Part shown: piece by piece, positions 47,516 through 57,130 of the stretch
Layout: every line of letters begins with the position of its first letter
Position numbering within the stretch: the first letter of the stretch is position 1
Assembly (NCBI GenBank): GCA_014239775.1
Contig: JAAZYG010000023.1
Coordinates: forward strand, 223-64,222
Direction: 5' to 3'
DNA from: Candidatus Uhrbacteria bacterium
GTDB taxonomy: Bacteria > Patescibacteriota > Patescibacteriia > UBA9934 > GWF2-40-263
Length of the DNA stretch: 64,000 nt
Translations under genes and position numbers: made by a program
Notes under the pieces: generated by a model
Told to the model about the DNA's origin: nothing
Seen by the model: the letters and a program-made list of their open reading frames with translations, nothing else
Database searches by the model: none

Positions 47516-48403
47516 CTATTTTTTAGCTTTCACCACTGAATTAATGGCAAATTTTATGATCAGATCAGCTATGTCTATATTTGTAATCTTTTGCAATTCC
47601 TTAAATCCTGGGTTGGAGTTAACTTCTAATATAAGAGGTCCATTATTTGATCTAATAATATCTATACCAGCAATATCGAGTTTGAATATTTTTGCAGTTC
47701 TAGTTGCTAGTTTGGTTTCTTCCCCTGTTAATTTTATCAGAGACCCAGTTCCACCATTTGATGTATTTGCACGAACATCTCCTTTACACGCTGTTCTTTT
47801 CATTGATGCAACAATTTTACCACCTACAATAAACACACGTATGTCTTGTTGATTTGCTTCACTTATATATTCTTGCACTATCATGGGATTTCCATCACGT
47901 ACAGATAGATAGTCTGCAATTGATAGTAAGGACTCTGAATCGGGTGTATAGAAAACACCTTTTCCAAGTGTGCCAAAAGCAACTTTTATAATTACTGGAA
48001 ATTTAATTTTATTCGCCGCATTTAATGCTTCTTTTGGACTCTTTGTTATGTACCAATTTGGTGTTGGTATATTAAATTCATTGAACAATACAGCTTGTAC
48101 TAATTTATTTTTGGACCATGCATAGTCATGCTGGGAGTTAAGTATCTTAAAACCAGCATTTTTAAGAAGTTTTGGCACATGACTGTGTAAGCTTGGTTCT
48201 TCTGTGAAATTAGATCTTGGAATTATGATATCTATATCATCTATTTGATCTCCATTTTCTTGTACACAATTTTTATTAAAAAGTAGTTTAGATTCATATA
48301 ATCTTACCACTTTACATGCATTATTAATTGCTGCTTTTTCCAAGGATTCAATATTGGTATATTGTTCAAGTGATTTATTTGATATTAAAATTCCAATTTT
48401 CAT
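47516..48403 (-). CDS. RimK-family ATP-grasp ligase
   Basis: FPVIIK..GTLGKGV, QEYI, DIRVFIVGG, RAN...GG, LEVNSNPG. Confidence 0.88.
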   Translation of the reverse strand: MKIGILISNKSLEQYTNIESLEKAAINNACKVVRLYESKLLFNKNCVQENGDQIDDIDIIIPRSNFTEEPSLHSHVPKLLKNAGFKILNSQHDYAWSKNKLVQAVLFNEFNIPTPNWYITKSPKEALNAANKIKFPVIIKVAFGTLGKGVFYTPDSESLLSIADYLSVRDGNPMIVQEYISEANQQDIRVFIVGGKIVASMKRTACKGDVRANTSNGGTGSLIKLTGEETKLATRTAKIFKLDIAGIDIIRSNNGPLILEVNSNPGFKELQKITNIDIADLIIKFAINSVVKAKK

Positions 48404-48535
48404 AGTTCAAAAGTGTGTTAGATAGTAGACCAAATGTAAAGTCAATCTGTTGTGTGGATATCTGTATTAAGTACGGTGAGATTAGCAGAGAAGAGGTATT
48501 GTTTCAAGACAGTAAAGCAAGTATACTGACCACAT

Positions 48536-48925
48536 ATGAATAAAAAATCCTCAGTAAGTTATTTATACATTGCAGCGGTGTTGGTAGTTGTTGGTTTAGT
48601 TATATTTGCAGTTACAAAAGAAAAAGCCCCATCAGTATACGATGACTTTGCACAATGTATTAAGGATAATGGTGCTGTTATGTACGGCGCTTGGTGGTGT
48701 CCGCATTGTAATAATCAAAAAGAACTTTTTGGAAATTCTGTTTCATACATTGATTATGTTGAATGTTCTGAGCCTGGTTCACGTAAAATGAATCAAGTAT
48801 GTAAGGATGCAAAAGTTGAAGGGTATCCAACATGGAAGTTTGAGGATGGATCGTCTGTATCAGGTGAGCAGTCTTTAGAATATTTAGGTGAAAAAACAGG
48901 TTGTGAATTACCTACGATTAAATAG
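48536..48925 (+). CDS. Membrane-anchored thioredoxin-like protein (CPHC)
   Basis: MYGAWWCPHCNNQKELFG, YVEC, GYPTW. Confidence 0.85.
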   Translation: MNKKSSVSYLYIAAVLVVVGLVIFAVTKEKAPSVYDDFAQCIKDNGAVMYGAWWCPHCNNQKELFGNSVSYIDYVECSEPGSRKMNQVCKDAKVEGYPTWKFEDGSSVSGEQSLEYLGEKTGCELPTIK

Positions 48926-48927
48926 TT

Positions 48928-49377
48928 ATGGTTAAAAAAAATAAAGTTATAAAAATAATTGCAGTTGTAAGTTTGTTTGGTTTACTTATTTCCCTGTATT
49001 CATGGTTGCACAATCAAGGGTTTGCACAAGGTGAGTTTTGTAAGCTGGATGATGTGTTTGATTGTGATGTAGTTAACAAAGGTCCATTTTCTAAAATTAT
49101 GGGAATTCCAGTTTCATTGATAGGAATTTTAGGTTACGGGTTTTTGTTTGCAGGTTCTATTGTAAAGATCAAAAACATGGAGGATTATCAATTGACCTTG
49201 TTTTTATTACTTGCATCAATTGGTGGATTTACTTTTAGTTTATATTTAACAGCACTAGAAGCATTTGTTTTGAAGGCATGGTGTTTATTGTGTCTTACAT
49301 CTCAATTTATTATATTTGCGACAACAGTGTTGCTTTTAAGGATGTTTCTAGAGGAGCATAAAAAAGTAGAAAAATAA
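48928..49377 (+). CDS. Vitamin K epoxide reductase family (DsbB alternative)
   Basis: FC...DCDVV, GIPVSLIG, AWCLLC. Confidence 0.88.
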   Translation: MVKKNKVIKIIAVVSLFGLLISLYSWLHNQGFAQGEFCKLDDVFDCDVVNKGPFSKIMGIPVSLIGILGYGFLFAGSIVKIKNMEDYQLTLFLLLASIGGFTFSLYLTALEAFVLKAWCLLCLTSQFIIFATTVLLLRMFLEEHKKVEK

Positions 49378-49380
49378 TAT

Positions 49381-50748
49381 ATGGATATTTCTTTTCACGG
49401 TGCAGTGTCTGGTGTGACAGGATCATGTCATTTATTAAATACCAAGGATTCTGATGGTAATGATTGTAATTTGTTGTTTGATTGTGGAATGTTTCAAGGT
49501 GAGCAGATGTGTAGTTCAAAAAATAGTGAAAAATTTGATTTTGATGCTAAAAAACTGCAGGGTGTTTTTGTAACACATCCACATGCTGATCATACTGGGA
49601 GATTACCTATTTTATCTAAGAATGGATATAAAGGTAAGATATATATGACACATCCATGTGTTGGTTTGAGCAAGCTTGTATTAGAGGATGCGCATCATAT
49701 TATGGTTGAGGATTCTGAAAAATGTGGTAGCAGTGTTTTGTATGAGCTTAAGGATTTGTTAACTACGTTTTCAAATGTTGAAGGTGTTAATTATCATGAG
49801 CAAATAGAAATTGCGCCAGGTGTGACCATTATGTTTCATGATGCAGGTCATGTGCTCGGATCAGCATTTATATCTGTTGAAGCAGAAGGTAAAAAGATTA
49901 TTTTTTCAGGAGATATAGGTAATGACAATGTGCCAATATTACCAGACACAGAACCAATCTCAAGTGTTGATTATGTTGTATGCGAGTCTACTTATGGTCA
50001 TCGAGTGCACGAGTCTGTCAATAAAAGGTCTGAGGTTTTAAAAGAGGTTATTTACAGAACAATTGAGAACAAATCAGTACTCATGATTCCTTCATTTTCT
50101 ATAGAGCGAACCCAAGAACTTTTATATGAACTAAATCATATTATAGGTCAAAATGCAGATATTAAGATTCCAATTTTTTTAGACAGTCCAATGGCCATAA
50201 AAGCAACGGAGCTTTATAGACACAATAGTAATTACTTGAAATTCGATACACCTATTTTAGATGAGGAAGATAGAGATTTTTTTAGTTTTCCAAATTTACG
50301 TGAGACATTATCTAGAGAAGAATCAAAAAAAATAAACAACACACCAGCACCAAAGATTATTATTGCAGGTTCAGGAATGATGAGTGGCGGGCGTATCATG
50401 CATCATTTGATTAGATATTTACCTGATCCAAAGAACACGCTGTTGATTATTGGGTATCAAGCACGTGGAACTTTAGGTAGAAAAATATACGAGGGCGCGA
50501 AAACAGTTAACATATTTAGAGAGGAGGTAAAGGTAAGGGCTACTGTAAAAGCAATGGGGTCGTTTTCTGCACATGGTGACATGCATAAATTAACAAAATG
50601 GCTTACTCCAGAGGATGGTAAGTTGCCAGAGAAGATATTGTTAGTTCATGGTGATCAAGAGGCTAAAGAGGTTTTTGCGACACATTTACGTCATGAGTTT
50701 AGAACCGATGTGATTATTCCAAAATATGGTGAAAAACACAGTTTGTAA
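49381..50748 (+). CDS. Beta-CASP metallo-beta-lactamase ribonuclease
   Basis: THPHADHTG, AGHVLGS, ESTYG, SGMMSGGRI.HH, FSAHGD, LVHG. Confidence 0.9.
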   Translation: MDISFHGAVSGVTGSCHLLNTKDSDGNDCNLLFDCGMFQGEQMCSSKNSEKFDFDAKKLQGVFVTHPHADHTGRLPILSKNGYKGKIYMTHPCVGLSKLVLEDAHHIMVEDSEKCGSSVLYELKDLLTTFSNVEGVNYHEQIEIAPGVTIMFHDAGHVLGSAFISVEAEGKKIIFSGDIGNDNVPILPDTEPISSVDYVVCESTYGHRVHESVNKRSEVLKEVIYRTIENKSVLMIPSFSIERTQELLYELNHIIGQNADIKIPIFLDSPMAIKATELYRHNSNYLKFDTPILDEEDRDFFSFPNLRETLSREESKKINNTPAPKIIIAGSGMMSGGRIMHHLIRYLPDPKNTLLIIGYQARGTLGRKIYEGAKTVNIFREEVKVRATVKAMGSFSAHGDMHKLTKWLTPEDGKLPEKILLVHGDQEAKEVFATHLRHEFRTDVIIPKYGEKHSL

Positions 50749-50854
50749 TAGTATATATAAAAACATGTCTAGTAGGCATGTTTTTTGATTTTTATACCAT
50801 GTTTATATAAGGTATCGTCTGGGAGAGACGTTTTCATTTAGGAGTACCTTAACA

Positions 50855-52099
50855 ATGAAAAAAGATAAACATCAACTAGGTCAACAGACTTTAGCTGTTC
50901 ATAGTGGTTACAGTCCAGAGCGGTCAGAGGGCTCGTTAAAGGTGCCTCTGTTTGCTACATCAACATTCGTTGCAGAGTCTGCTGAAGAACTTGCTCATTG
51001 GTTTGAACAAGCATATGGATTAAATAGTGAGCCTTGTGTTCCTGATGGCTTGTTCTATTCACGTGTAGCAAATCCAAATCTAGAAATTTGCGAACAAAGA
51101 TTGGCAAGTTTTGAGTCTTCAGAAAGTGCAGTTCTGTTTTCTAGTGGCATGAGTGCAATTCAAACTGCATTTTTTACCTTTTTAAAGCCAGGGGACACTG
51201 TAATGTTCAGTGAGCCTGTCTATGGAGGTACAGATTATTTATTGAGAAATATCTTACCTGCATGGGGTGTAAGGACTGTTGGTTTTCCTATTCATACCAA
51301 AAAGAACGATTTTAAAAGGTTGTTGCAAAAAACTGACGATGTACGTGTTGTATACATGGAAAGTCCTTGTAATCCAACATTGTTATTGGCAGAAGTTCCT
51401 GGAATTACTAAATACTCACATGAACATAACGAAGATATAGTTGTTATGGTTGATAATACTATACTGGGACCAATTATTCAGAAGGTTTTGTGTTTTGGTG
51501 TTGACTTAAGTATCTACTCAGCAACTAAGTCAATTGGTGGTCACTGTGATTTAAATGCTGGTCTTATTCTGGGCTCACGACATAAGATTAGTAAGCTTAA
51601 GGCAATGCGTACTATTTTTGGTAATATGGCCTCACCTCATACAGCGTGGTTGCTTACACGAAGCATTGATACATTGCGGATTAGAACAAAAGAGGCAATT
51701 TCCAGTGCAATGAAGGTTGCTACTTTTTTACACAAACACAAAAATATTAACAAAGTACTTTATCCAGGATTTGAGCAGCCTAAGGTTCAAATGAGTCGTG
51801 CCAGGAAACAGTGTAATTATATTGGTTATTCTGGTGGGTCACTGTTATCATTTTGTGTTAAGGGTGGTCAAGATGAAGCGTATAAGGTACTTAATGCACT
51901 TAATGTCATCAAGTTGGCTGTGTCACTTGGTGGTACGCAATCGCTTGCAGAGCATCCGCGAACGCACACTCATGCGGATGTACCGATTGAAGATCAGAAT
52001 AAATTCGGTATTTCACCGTCAATGATTAGATTGTCTGTAGGTCAGGAAAATGTTAGGGACATTATTTATGATCTTTCTCAGGCTCTTAATCAAATCTAA
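50855..52099 (+). CDS. PLP-dependent Cys/Met metabolism enzyme (methionine gamma-lyase / cystathionine gamma-synthase family)
   Basis: YSRVANP, FSSGMSAI, VYGGT, VDNT, SATKSIGGH.D, AVSLGG, RLSVG; SD AGGAG. Confidence 0.9.
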   Translation: MKKDKHQLGQQTLAVHSGYSPERSEGSLKVPLFATSTFVAESAEELAHWFEQAYGLNSEPCVPDGLFYSRVANPNLEICEQRLASFESSESAVLFSSGMSAIQTAFFTFLKPGDTVMFSEPVYGGTDYLLRNILPAWGVRTVGFPIHTKKNDFKRLLQKTDDVRVVYMESPCNPTLLLAEVPGITKYSHEHNEDIVVMVDNTILGPIIQKVLCFGVDLSIYSATKSIGGHCDLNAGLILGSRHKISKLKAMRTIFGNMASPHTAWLLTRSIDTLRIRTKEAISSAMKVATFLHKHKNINKVLYPGFEQPKVQMSRARKQCNYIGYSGGSLLSFCVKGGQDEAYKVLNALNVIKLAVSLGGTQSLAEHPRTHTHADVPIEDQNKFGISPSMIRLSVGQENVRDIIYDLSQALNQI

Positions 52100-52130
52100 A
52101 GACTACATCTTGTGGTCTTTTTTATTTTAA

Positions 52131-52958
52131 TCAGTGATCCTTATGAACATTGTGGGCTGTATCGTGATTTATGTCCTTATGAACATTGTGGGCTGTATTG
52201 TGATTTAGTAGCGCACTTACTCCAAACAACAGAAGCATTCCAAGGACAGCCCATAGTAATATTTGCATTGCTGTTGTTGGTTTTTTAATTCCTTTTAATG
52301 ATCTTGGGAATAGATCAACTAGTACAGTTAAAAAGAATATTCCGGCAGCAAAACCTAATAGTACAGAGGTGGCTGTGTCTGATCCTGTAAGAAAAAATCC
52401 TCCAATTGCACCAATGAAGACAGTTGATGCTGTAAGAGCATTCAAGGTTATTGCTTGTCTTGTTGTATATCCTGCTTCCTTTAGTACAACAAACTCAGAT
52501 ATTTCTTGTATAAATTCATGGATGATTATTCCAATTGTAGTGGCTATACCAAGTTTGATATCAATAATAAATGTAGGAGCAAGAAGTACCCCATCAGCTA
52601 TGTTATGAATTGCATCACCTATAAGTAGTTTCTTTGCTGCTATTTTATCATGTTCATGATTATCGTCATGATGATGATGTTCGTGGCTTTCTGGTAAGAT
52701 CCAACCGACAAAGTACGCAATTGCTGCACCTATAAAAATAAACAACACCGCATAAAAGATTGAGGGGGCGTGATTAATTGTTTCATGTGTTAGGTTTATT
52801 GCTACTAATAAAAAAACACCAGCAGAAAAACTCATAAGGTGTCTCATGTGATGTTTTGTCCACTCATGTAGGTTTTTTGTAAATAAAATCAACCCAGACA
52901 AGGAAATAAGCATTATAGCTAATGCAGCGGCAAGTACAGATAAAATGATTTCAATCAT
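52131..52958 (-). CDS. ZIP family metal transporter
   Basis: SFSAGV, His-rich loop, GDAIHNIADG, HEFIQEISE. Confidence 0.9.
   Translation of the reverse strand: MIEIILSVLAAALAIMLISLSGLILFTKNLHEWTKHHMRHLMSFSAGVFLLVAINLTHETINHAPSIFYAVLFIFIGAAIAYFVGWILPESHEHHHHDDNHEHDKIAAKKLLIGDAIHNIADGVLLAPTFIIDIKLGIATTIGIIIHEFIQEISEFVVLKEAGYTTRQAITLNALTASTVFIGAIGGFFLTGSDTATSVLLGFAAGIFFLTVLVDLFPRSLKGIKKPTTAMQILLWAVLGMLLLFGVSALLNHNTAHNVHKDINHDTAHNVHKDH
52138..52207. repeat. 36-bp tandem duplication encoding His-rich ZIP tail
   Basis: tccttatgaacattgtgggctgtat(c/t)gtgattta at 52138 and 52174. Confidence 0.9.
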
Positions 52959-52998
52959 GTTAGACAGTTATAGGTATTTTAGTTAGGATAATATAATT

Positions 52999-54792
52999 AT
53001 GACTGATCAAAATAATATACGCAACTTTTCGATTATTGCACATATTGATCACGGTAAGTCTACATTAGCAGACCGACTTTTGGAATTAACTGGTACAGTT
53101 GAGATGAGAAAGATGCAAAGTCAGATTTTGGATTCGATGGATCTTGAGAGAGAAAAGGGTATTACAATAAAACTTGCGCCAGCACGCATGTCTTATAAGG
53201 ATCATACTTTGAACCTGATTGATACACCAGGGCATGTAGATTTTAACTATGAAGTATCTCGTGCACTTGCTGCGGTAGAGGGTGCAATTTTATTGGTTGA
53301 TTCTACACAAGGTGTTCAGGCACAAACTATTGGAAATTTATATCTGGCAATTGAGGAAAATCTAGAGATCATACCAGTGTTAAATAAGATAGATTTACCA
53401 GCAGCTGATGTTGAAGCTAGAACAGAAGAGATTGTTCAGTTGATTGGCTGTAATCCCAAGGATGTGTTGAGTGTAAGTGCAAAGACAGGTGAAGGTGTTC
53501 TTGAGTTATTAGATGAGATCATTAAAAGAATTCCTGCACCTAATGGAGGAGTTGAATCTTCGCCACGGGCGTTAATATTCGACTCATTTTACGATGATTA
53601 CCGAGGTGTTATGGCATACATTCGTGTTCAGGATGGAATTTTATCAAAAGGTGATCGTATAAAAATGATGGCAACCAGCAAGGAGGCTGATATTTTAGAG
53701 ATAGGAGCTGTAACTCCTGTAGGTCTTGTGTCCTCAAAAGTCTTGGGGACAGGTCAGATAGGATATTTGGTGACAGGTTTAAAGGACATAGGTACATGTA
53801 GAGTTGGAGACACAATTACAAGTAGCAAAAAATCTGCAGAAGATGCACTTTCAGGATACAAAGAGGTTAAGCCAATGGTTTATGCTGGAATTTTTCCAAA
53901 AGAGGGAAATGACTTTCAGAAATTACGTGATGCACTTGATAGATTAAAATTAAGTGATGCGTCATTGGCGTCAGAATCAGAACACTCTCCTGCACTAGGT
54001 TATGGATTCCGCGTTGGATTACTAGGAATGCTTCATTTAGAGATTTTAAAAGAAAGACTTGAACGTGAGTTTAATGTTGATTTAGTTGTAACAGTACCAT
54101 CTGTTGCATACAGAATTTATGTACGTTCTGGTGCAGAGAGTATAATTAAAAGTGCGCTAGAGCTTCCTGATCCGTCTCATATTGATCGGATTGAAGAACC
54201 TTGGGTAAAATTAGACATTGTTTCTCCAAGTGATTACATTGGTTCAATAATGCAGATGATTCAAGACAGAAGAGGTGTTTATAAGAATACAGAGTATCTT
54301 TCTGGTAATCGTGCAATTTTGCATTATGAAATTCCATTATCGATGATAATTGTTGATTTTTATGACAAGTTAAAAGGTGTTACTGCAGGTTATGCATCAA
54401 TGAATTATGAGATTATAAATTATAGAGAAGCAAATGTTGTACGAATGGATATTATGGTTGCTGAAGATGTTGTAGATGCGTTTTCAACTTTGGTTTATAG
54501 GGACGAGGCTGAAAAATCAGGCAAGAGAATCGTAAGATCTTTAAAGGATTCTATTCCACGGCAAAACTTTGTAATTAAACTTCAGGCTGCAGTTGGTGGT
54601 AAAATAGTAGCTGGTGAGAGGATTTCTGCATTACGTAAGGATGTTACAGCTAAACTATATGGTGGAGACGTTACAAGAAAACGTAAATTATTAGATAAAC
54701 AAAAGAAAGGAAAAGCAAAAATGGCCGCATTTGGTAAGGGACGTGTTAATATACCTACAGATGCGTATTTAAAAGTTTTAAAAAGAGAATAA
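52999..54792 (+). CDS. lepA: Elongation factor 4 (LepA)
   Basis: AHIDHGKSTLADR, DTPGHVDF, NKID, RKDVTAKLYGGDVTRKRKL. Confidence 0.97.
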   Translation: MTDQNNIRNFSIIAHIDHGKSTLADRLLELTGTVEMRKMQSQILDSMDLEREKGITIKLAPARMSYKDHTLNLIDTPGHVDFNYEVSRALAAVEGAILLVDSTQGVQAQTIGNLYLAIEENLEIIPVLNKIDLPAADVEARTEEIVQLIGCNPKDVLSVSAKTGEGVLELLDEIIKRIPAPNGGVESSPRALIFDSFYDDYRGVMAYIRVQDGILSKGDRIKMMATSKEADILEIGAVTPVGLVSSKVLGTGQIGYLVTGLKDIGTCRVGDTITSSKKSAEDALSGYKEVKPMVYAGIFPKEGNDFQKLRDALDRLKLSDASLASESEHSPALGYGFRVGLLGMLHLEILKERLEREFNVDLVVTVPSVAYRIYVRSGAESIIKSALELPDPSHIDRIEEPWVKLDIVSPSDYIGSIMQMIQDRRGVYKNTEYLSGNRAILHYEIPLSMIIVDFYDKLKGVTAGYASMNYEIINYREANVVRMDIMVAEDVVDAFSTLVYRDEAEKSGKRIVRSLKDSIPRQNFVIKLQAAVGGKIVAGERISALRKDVTAKLYGGDVTRKRKLLDKQKKGKAKMAAFGKGRVNIPTDAYLKVLKRE

Positions 54793-54793
54793 T

Positions 54794-54889
54794 ATGAAAA
54801 AAAGTAAAGGTGTTAGAATCTTTTGGGCAGTTGTTGGAATTATGGTTATAGTTTCAATGGTTATGTTTACTGTTGCATTAGGTTTTTAA
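54794..54889 (+). CDS. 31-aa single-TM microprotein
   Basis: MKKSKGVRIFWAVVGIMVIVSMVMFTVALGF; starts 1 nt after lepA stop. Confidence 0.6.
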   Translation: MKKSKGVRIFWAVVGIMVIVSMVMFTVALGF

Positions 54890-54945
54890 ACTTAAATCTA
54901 GAGTTGGGCTTGTGTTTATACGAGCCTACATCTAGCTTTAAGTGA

Positions 54946-56679
54946 ATGATCACAGAAAAACGTTGGATTGTAGCAAGTCCCATTACTAGTGAAATTATAA
55001 ATAAATATCCGGCTATTAATCCGGTTGTTTTGCAGTTGCTTTGGAATCGTGAAATACGTACACAAGAAGATATTGATTTGTTTTTAGGGCCTAATTGGGA
55101 TATGCACATTCATTCTCCGTTTTTATTTACTCAAATGAATGAGGCTGTGGAGCGTACTTTTGAAGCCTTGAAAAACAATGAGGCAATAGTTGTGCACGGT
55201 GATTATGATGCAGATGGTGTCTGTGGTTCTACTGTTTTAATAAAGATGCTCAGAGACATGTGTCGTGGTTTTGGTTATGATGAATCAAGATTATATTCAT
55301 ATATTCCAGATAGAGAGAAGGAAGGGTATGGGATGTCTATTGATACAATTAAAAAAATCAAAGTAGATTGGGATACTTCTTTGGTAATAACTGTGGATTG
55401 CGGTATTAGTAATAAAGACGCCATAGATTACGGTAAAACTATAGGAATAGATACAATTGTATGTGATCATCATACAATTCCTGCTGAGCTTCCTGATGCA
55501 ATACTCATTCATCCATTAGTCGAAGGTGAGACTTATCCAAATAAAAAATTATGTGGTACTGGCGTAGCTTTTAAATTTGCATGTGCAATGTATGAGCACG
55601 CTCGAGATATTGGTGGTGATATAAAGATTGGTGAGGAGAAATGGCTACTTGATCTTGTTGCAATTGCGACTGTAACAGATGTCATGCAGCTTGTAGGTGA
55701 AAATAGAGTTTTGGAAAAGTATGGTTTGATGGTTTTAAATAAGACAAAAAGAATAGGTTTAATTAAGCTTGTTGAGGTTGCTGGTGGAAAGATGGGTGAA
55801 CTAGATACTATGTCAGTTGGGTTTATGATTGGTCCTAGGATAAATGCTGCTGGAAGAATGCAAAATGCGTCAAAGGCCCTAGATTTACTTTTAGAGGAGG
55901 ATGAGGATAAGGCTGGAATTATGGCGCGTGAATTAGATAAAATAAACAAAGACAGGCAAAAGGTCTCAAGAGAAATTTGTAAGCAGGCAATAGACATGGT
56001 TGAAAGTAAAGAAAAAAAGAGTTTGTCTATTGTTGTTGGTGATGGCTGGCCTGCTGGGTTGATAGGTTTGGTTGCTGGTAAATTAGTTACAGAATATCAG
56101 AGACCAGCATATGTAGTTACAAAGGAAGGTGAGAAATATGTAGGTTCAGGGCGTACAATTAAAGGTTTTGATGTAACTGCAGCATTGCGTGTAGCATCTG
56201 ATTATTTGGATAAGTTCGGCGGTCATCCTGAGGCGTGTGGGTTTACAACTACAGGAGATGAGAGGTTTGATAAGTTGTGTGAGTCATTGTTTGAATCAGC
56301 AGATAGTATTATCACAGATGAAATGATTAATCCGTCCATAGATATTGATTCAATACTTGATCTTTCTGATATAAGTTGGAATTTAATTGCAGATTTAGAG
56401 GTGTGTAGGCCATTTGGTTGTGGTAATACAAGACCATTGTTTGCTTCTGAAAATGTTCGTATTGTTAATATGGATTGTGTTGGTTCCGAAGATCAGCATT
56501 TGAGGCTGACCGTTCAGTCTGGAAATGGTAAAATGATTAAGATGATAGGTTTTAGGTTTGGAGAATATTTACAAAAGCTATCTATTGGTAAAGAATTTGG
56601 TTTTGTATATGAAATTGATGTGAATGAATGGAGAGGAAGAAGAGAGATTCAATTAAGAATTGTTGATATAAAAACATGA
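54946..56679 (+). CDS. recJ: ssDNA exonuclease RecJ
   Basis: HGDYDADG, TVDCG, DHH, GPRINAAGR, FGGH. Confidence 0.95.
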   Translation: MITEKRWIVASPITSEIINKYPAINPVVLQLLWNREIRTQEDIDLFLGPNWDMHIHSPFLFTQMNEAVERTFEALKNNEAIVVHGDYDADGVCGSTVLIKMLRDMCRGFGYDESRLYSYIPDREKEGYGMSIDTIKKIKVDWDTSLVITVDCGISNKDAIDYGKTIGIDTIVCDHHTIPAELPDAILIHPLVEGETYPNKKLCGTGVAFKFACAMYEHARDIGGDIKIGEEKWLLDLVAIATVTDVMQLVGENRVLEKYGLMVLNKTKRIGLIKLVEVAGGKMGELDTMSVGFMIGPRINAAGRMQNASKALDLLLEEDEDKAGIMARELDKINKDRQKVSREICKQAIDMVESKEKKSLSIVVGDGWPAGLIGLVAGKLVTEYQRPAYVVTKEGEKYVGSGRTIKGFDVTAALRVASDYLDKFGGHPEACGFTTTGDERFDKLCESLFESADSIITDEMINPSIDIDSILDLSDISWNLIADLEVCRPFGCGNTRPLFASENVRIVNMDCVGSEDQHLRLTVQSGNGKMIKMIGFRFGEYLQKLSIGKEFGFVYEIDVNEWRGRREIQLRIVDIKT

Positions 56680-57092
56680 AGTTAAGAATATATACAGATG
56701 GTGGATCACGTGGCAATCCTGGTCCTGCAGCATCCGGTGCTGTTTTAAAGGAGCTTGTTGATGGAAAAGAAGGTGAGGTTATTGCAACTGAATCTAAGTA
56801 TTTAGGAGAAACAACAAACAATCAAGCAGAATACGTTGCTATTATTATTGGTCTTGGTAGAGCAAAGAAATTAGGTGTAAAACATGTAGAGGTTTATATG
56901 GACTCAGAATTAGCAACAAAGCAGCTTAATGGTGTGTATAAAGTTAAGAATCCTGGAATTGCAGAAAGATTTTTAGAGGTAAAAAATTTAATGCATAGTT
57001 TTAAAACAGTTACGTTTAAACATGTTTATCGCGAACAAAACACGGAAGCAGACGCTATTGTTAATCATGTTTTAGACAACGAGTTAAAATAA
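56676..57092 (+). CDS. Ribonuclease HI family protein
   Basis: YTDGGSRGNPGPA, TNNQAEY, DSEL, HVYREQN..AD. Confidence 0.92.
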   Translation: MKLRIYTDGGSRGNPGPAASGAVLKELVDGKEGEVIATESKYLGETTNNQAEYVAIIIGLGRAKKLGVKHVEVYMDSELATKQLNGVYKVKNPGIAERFLEVKNLMHSFKTVTFKHVYREQNTEADAIVNHVLDNELK

Positions 57093-57130
57093 GTACCAAA
57101 GAGCTTTCTATTTTGGTATAATCTTTTTAT

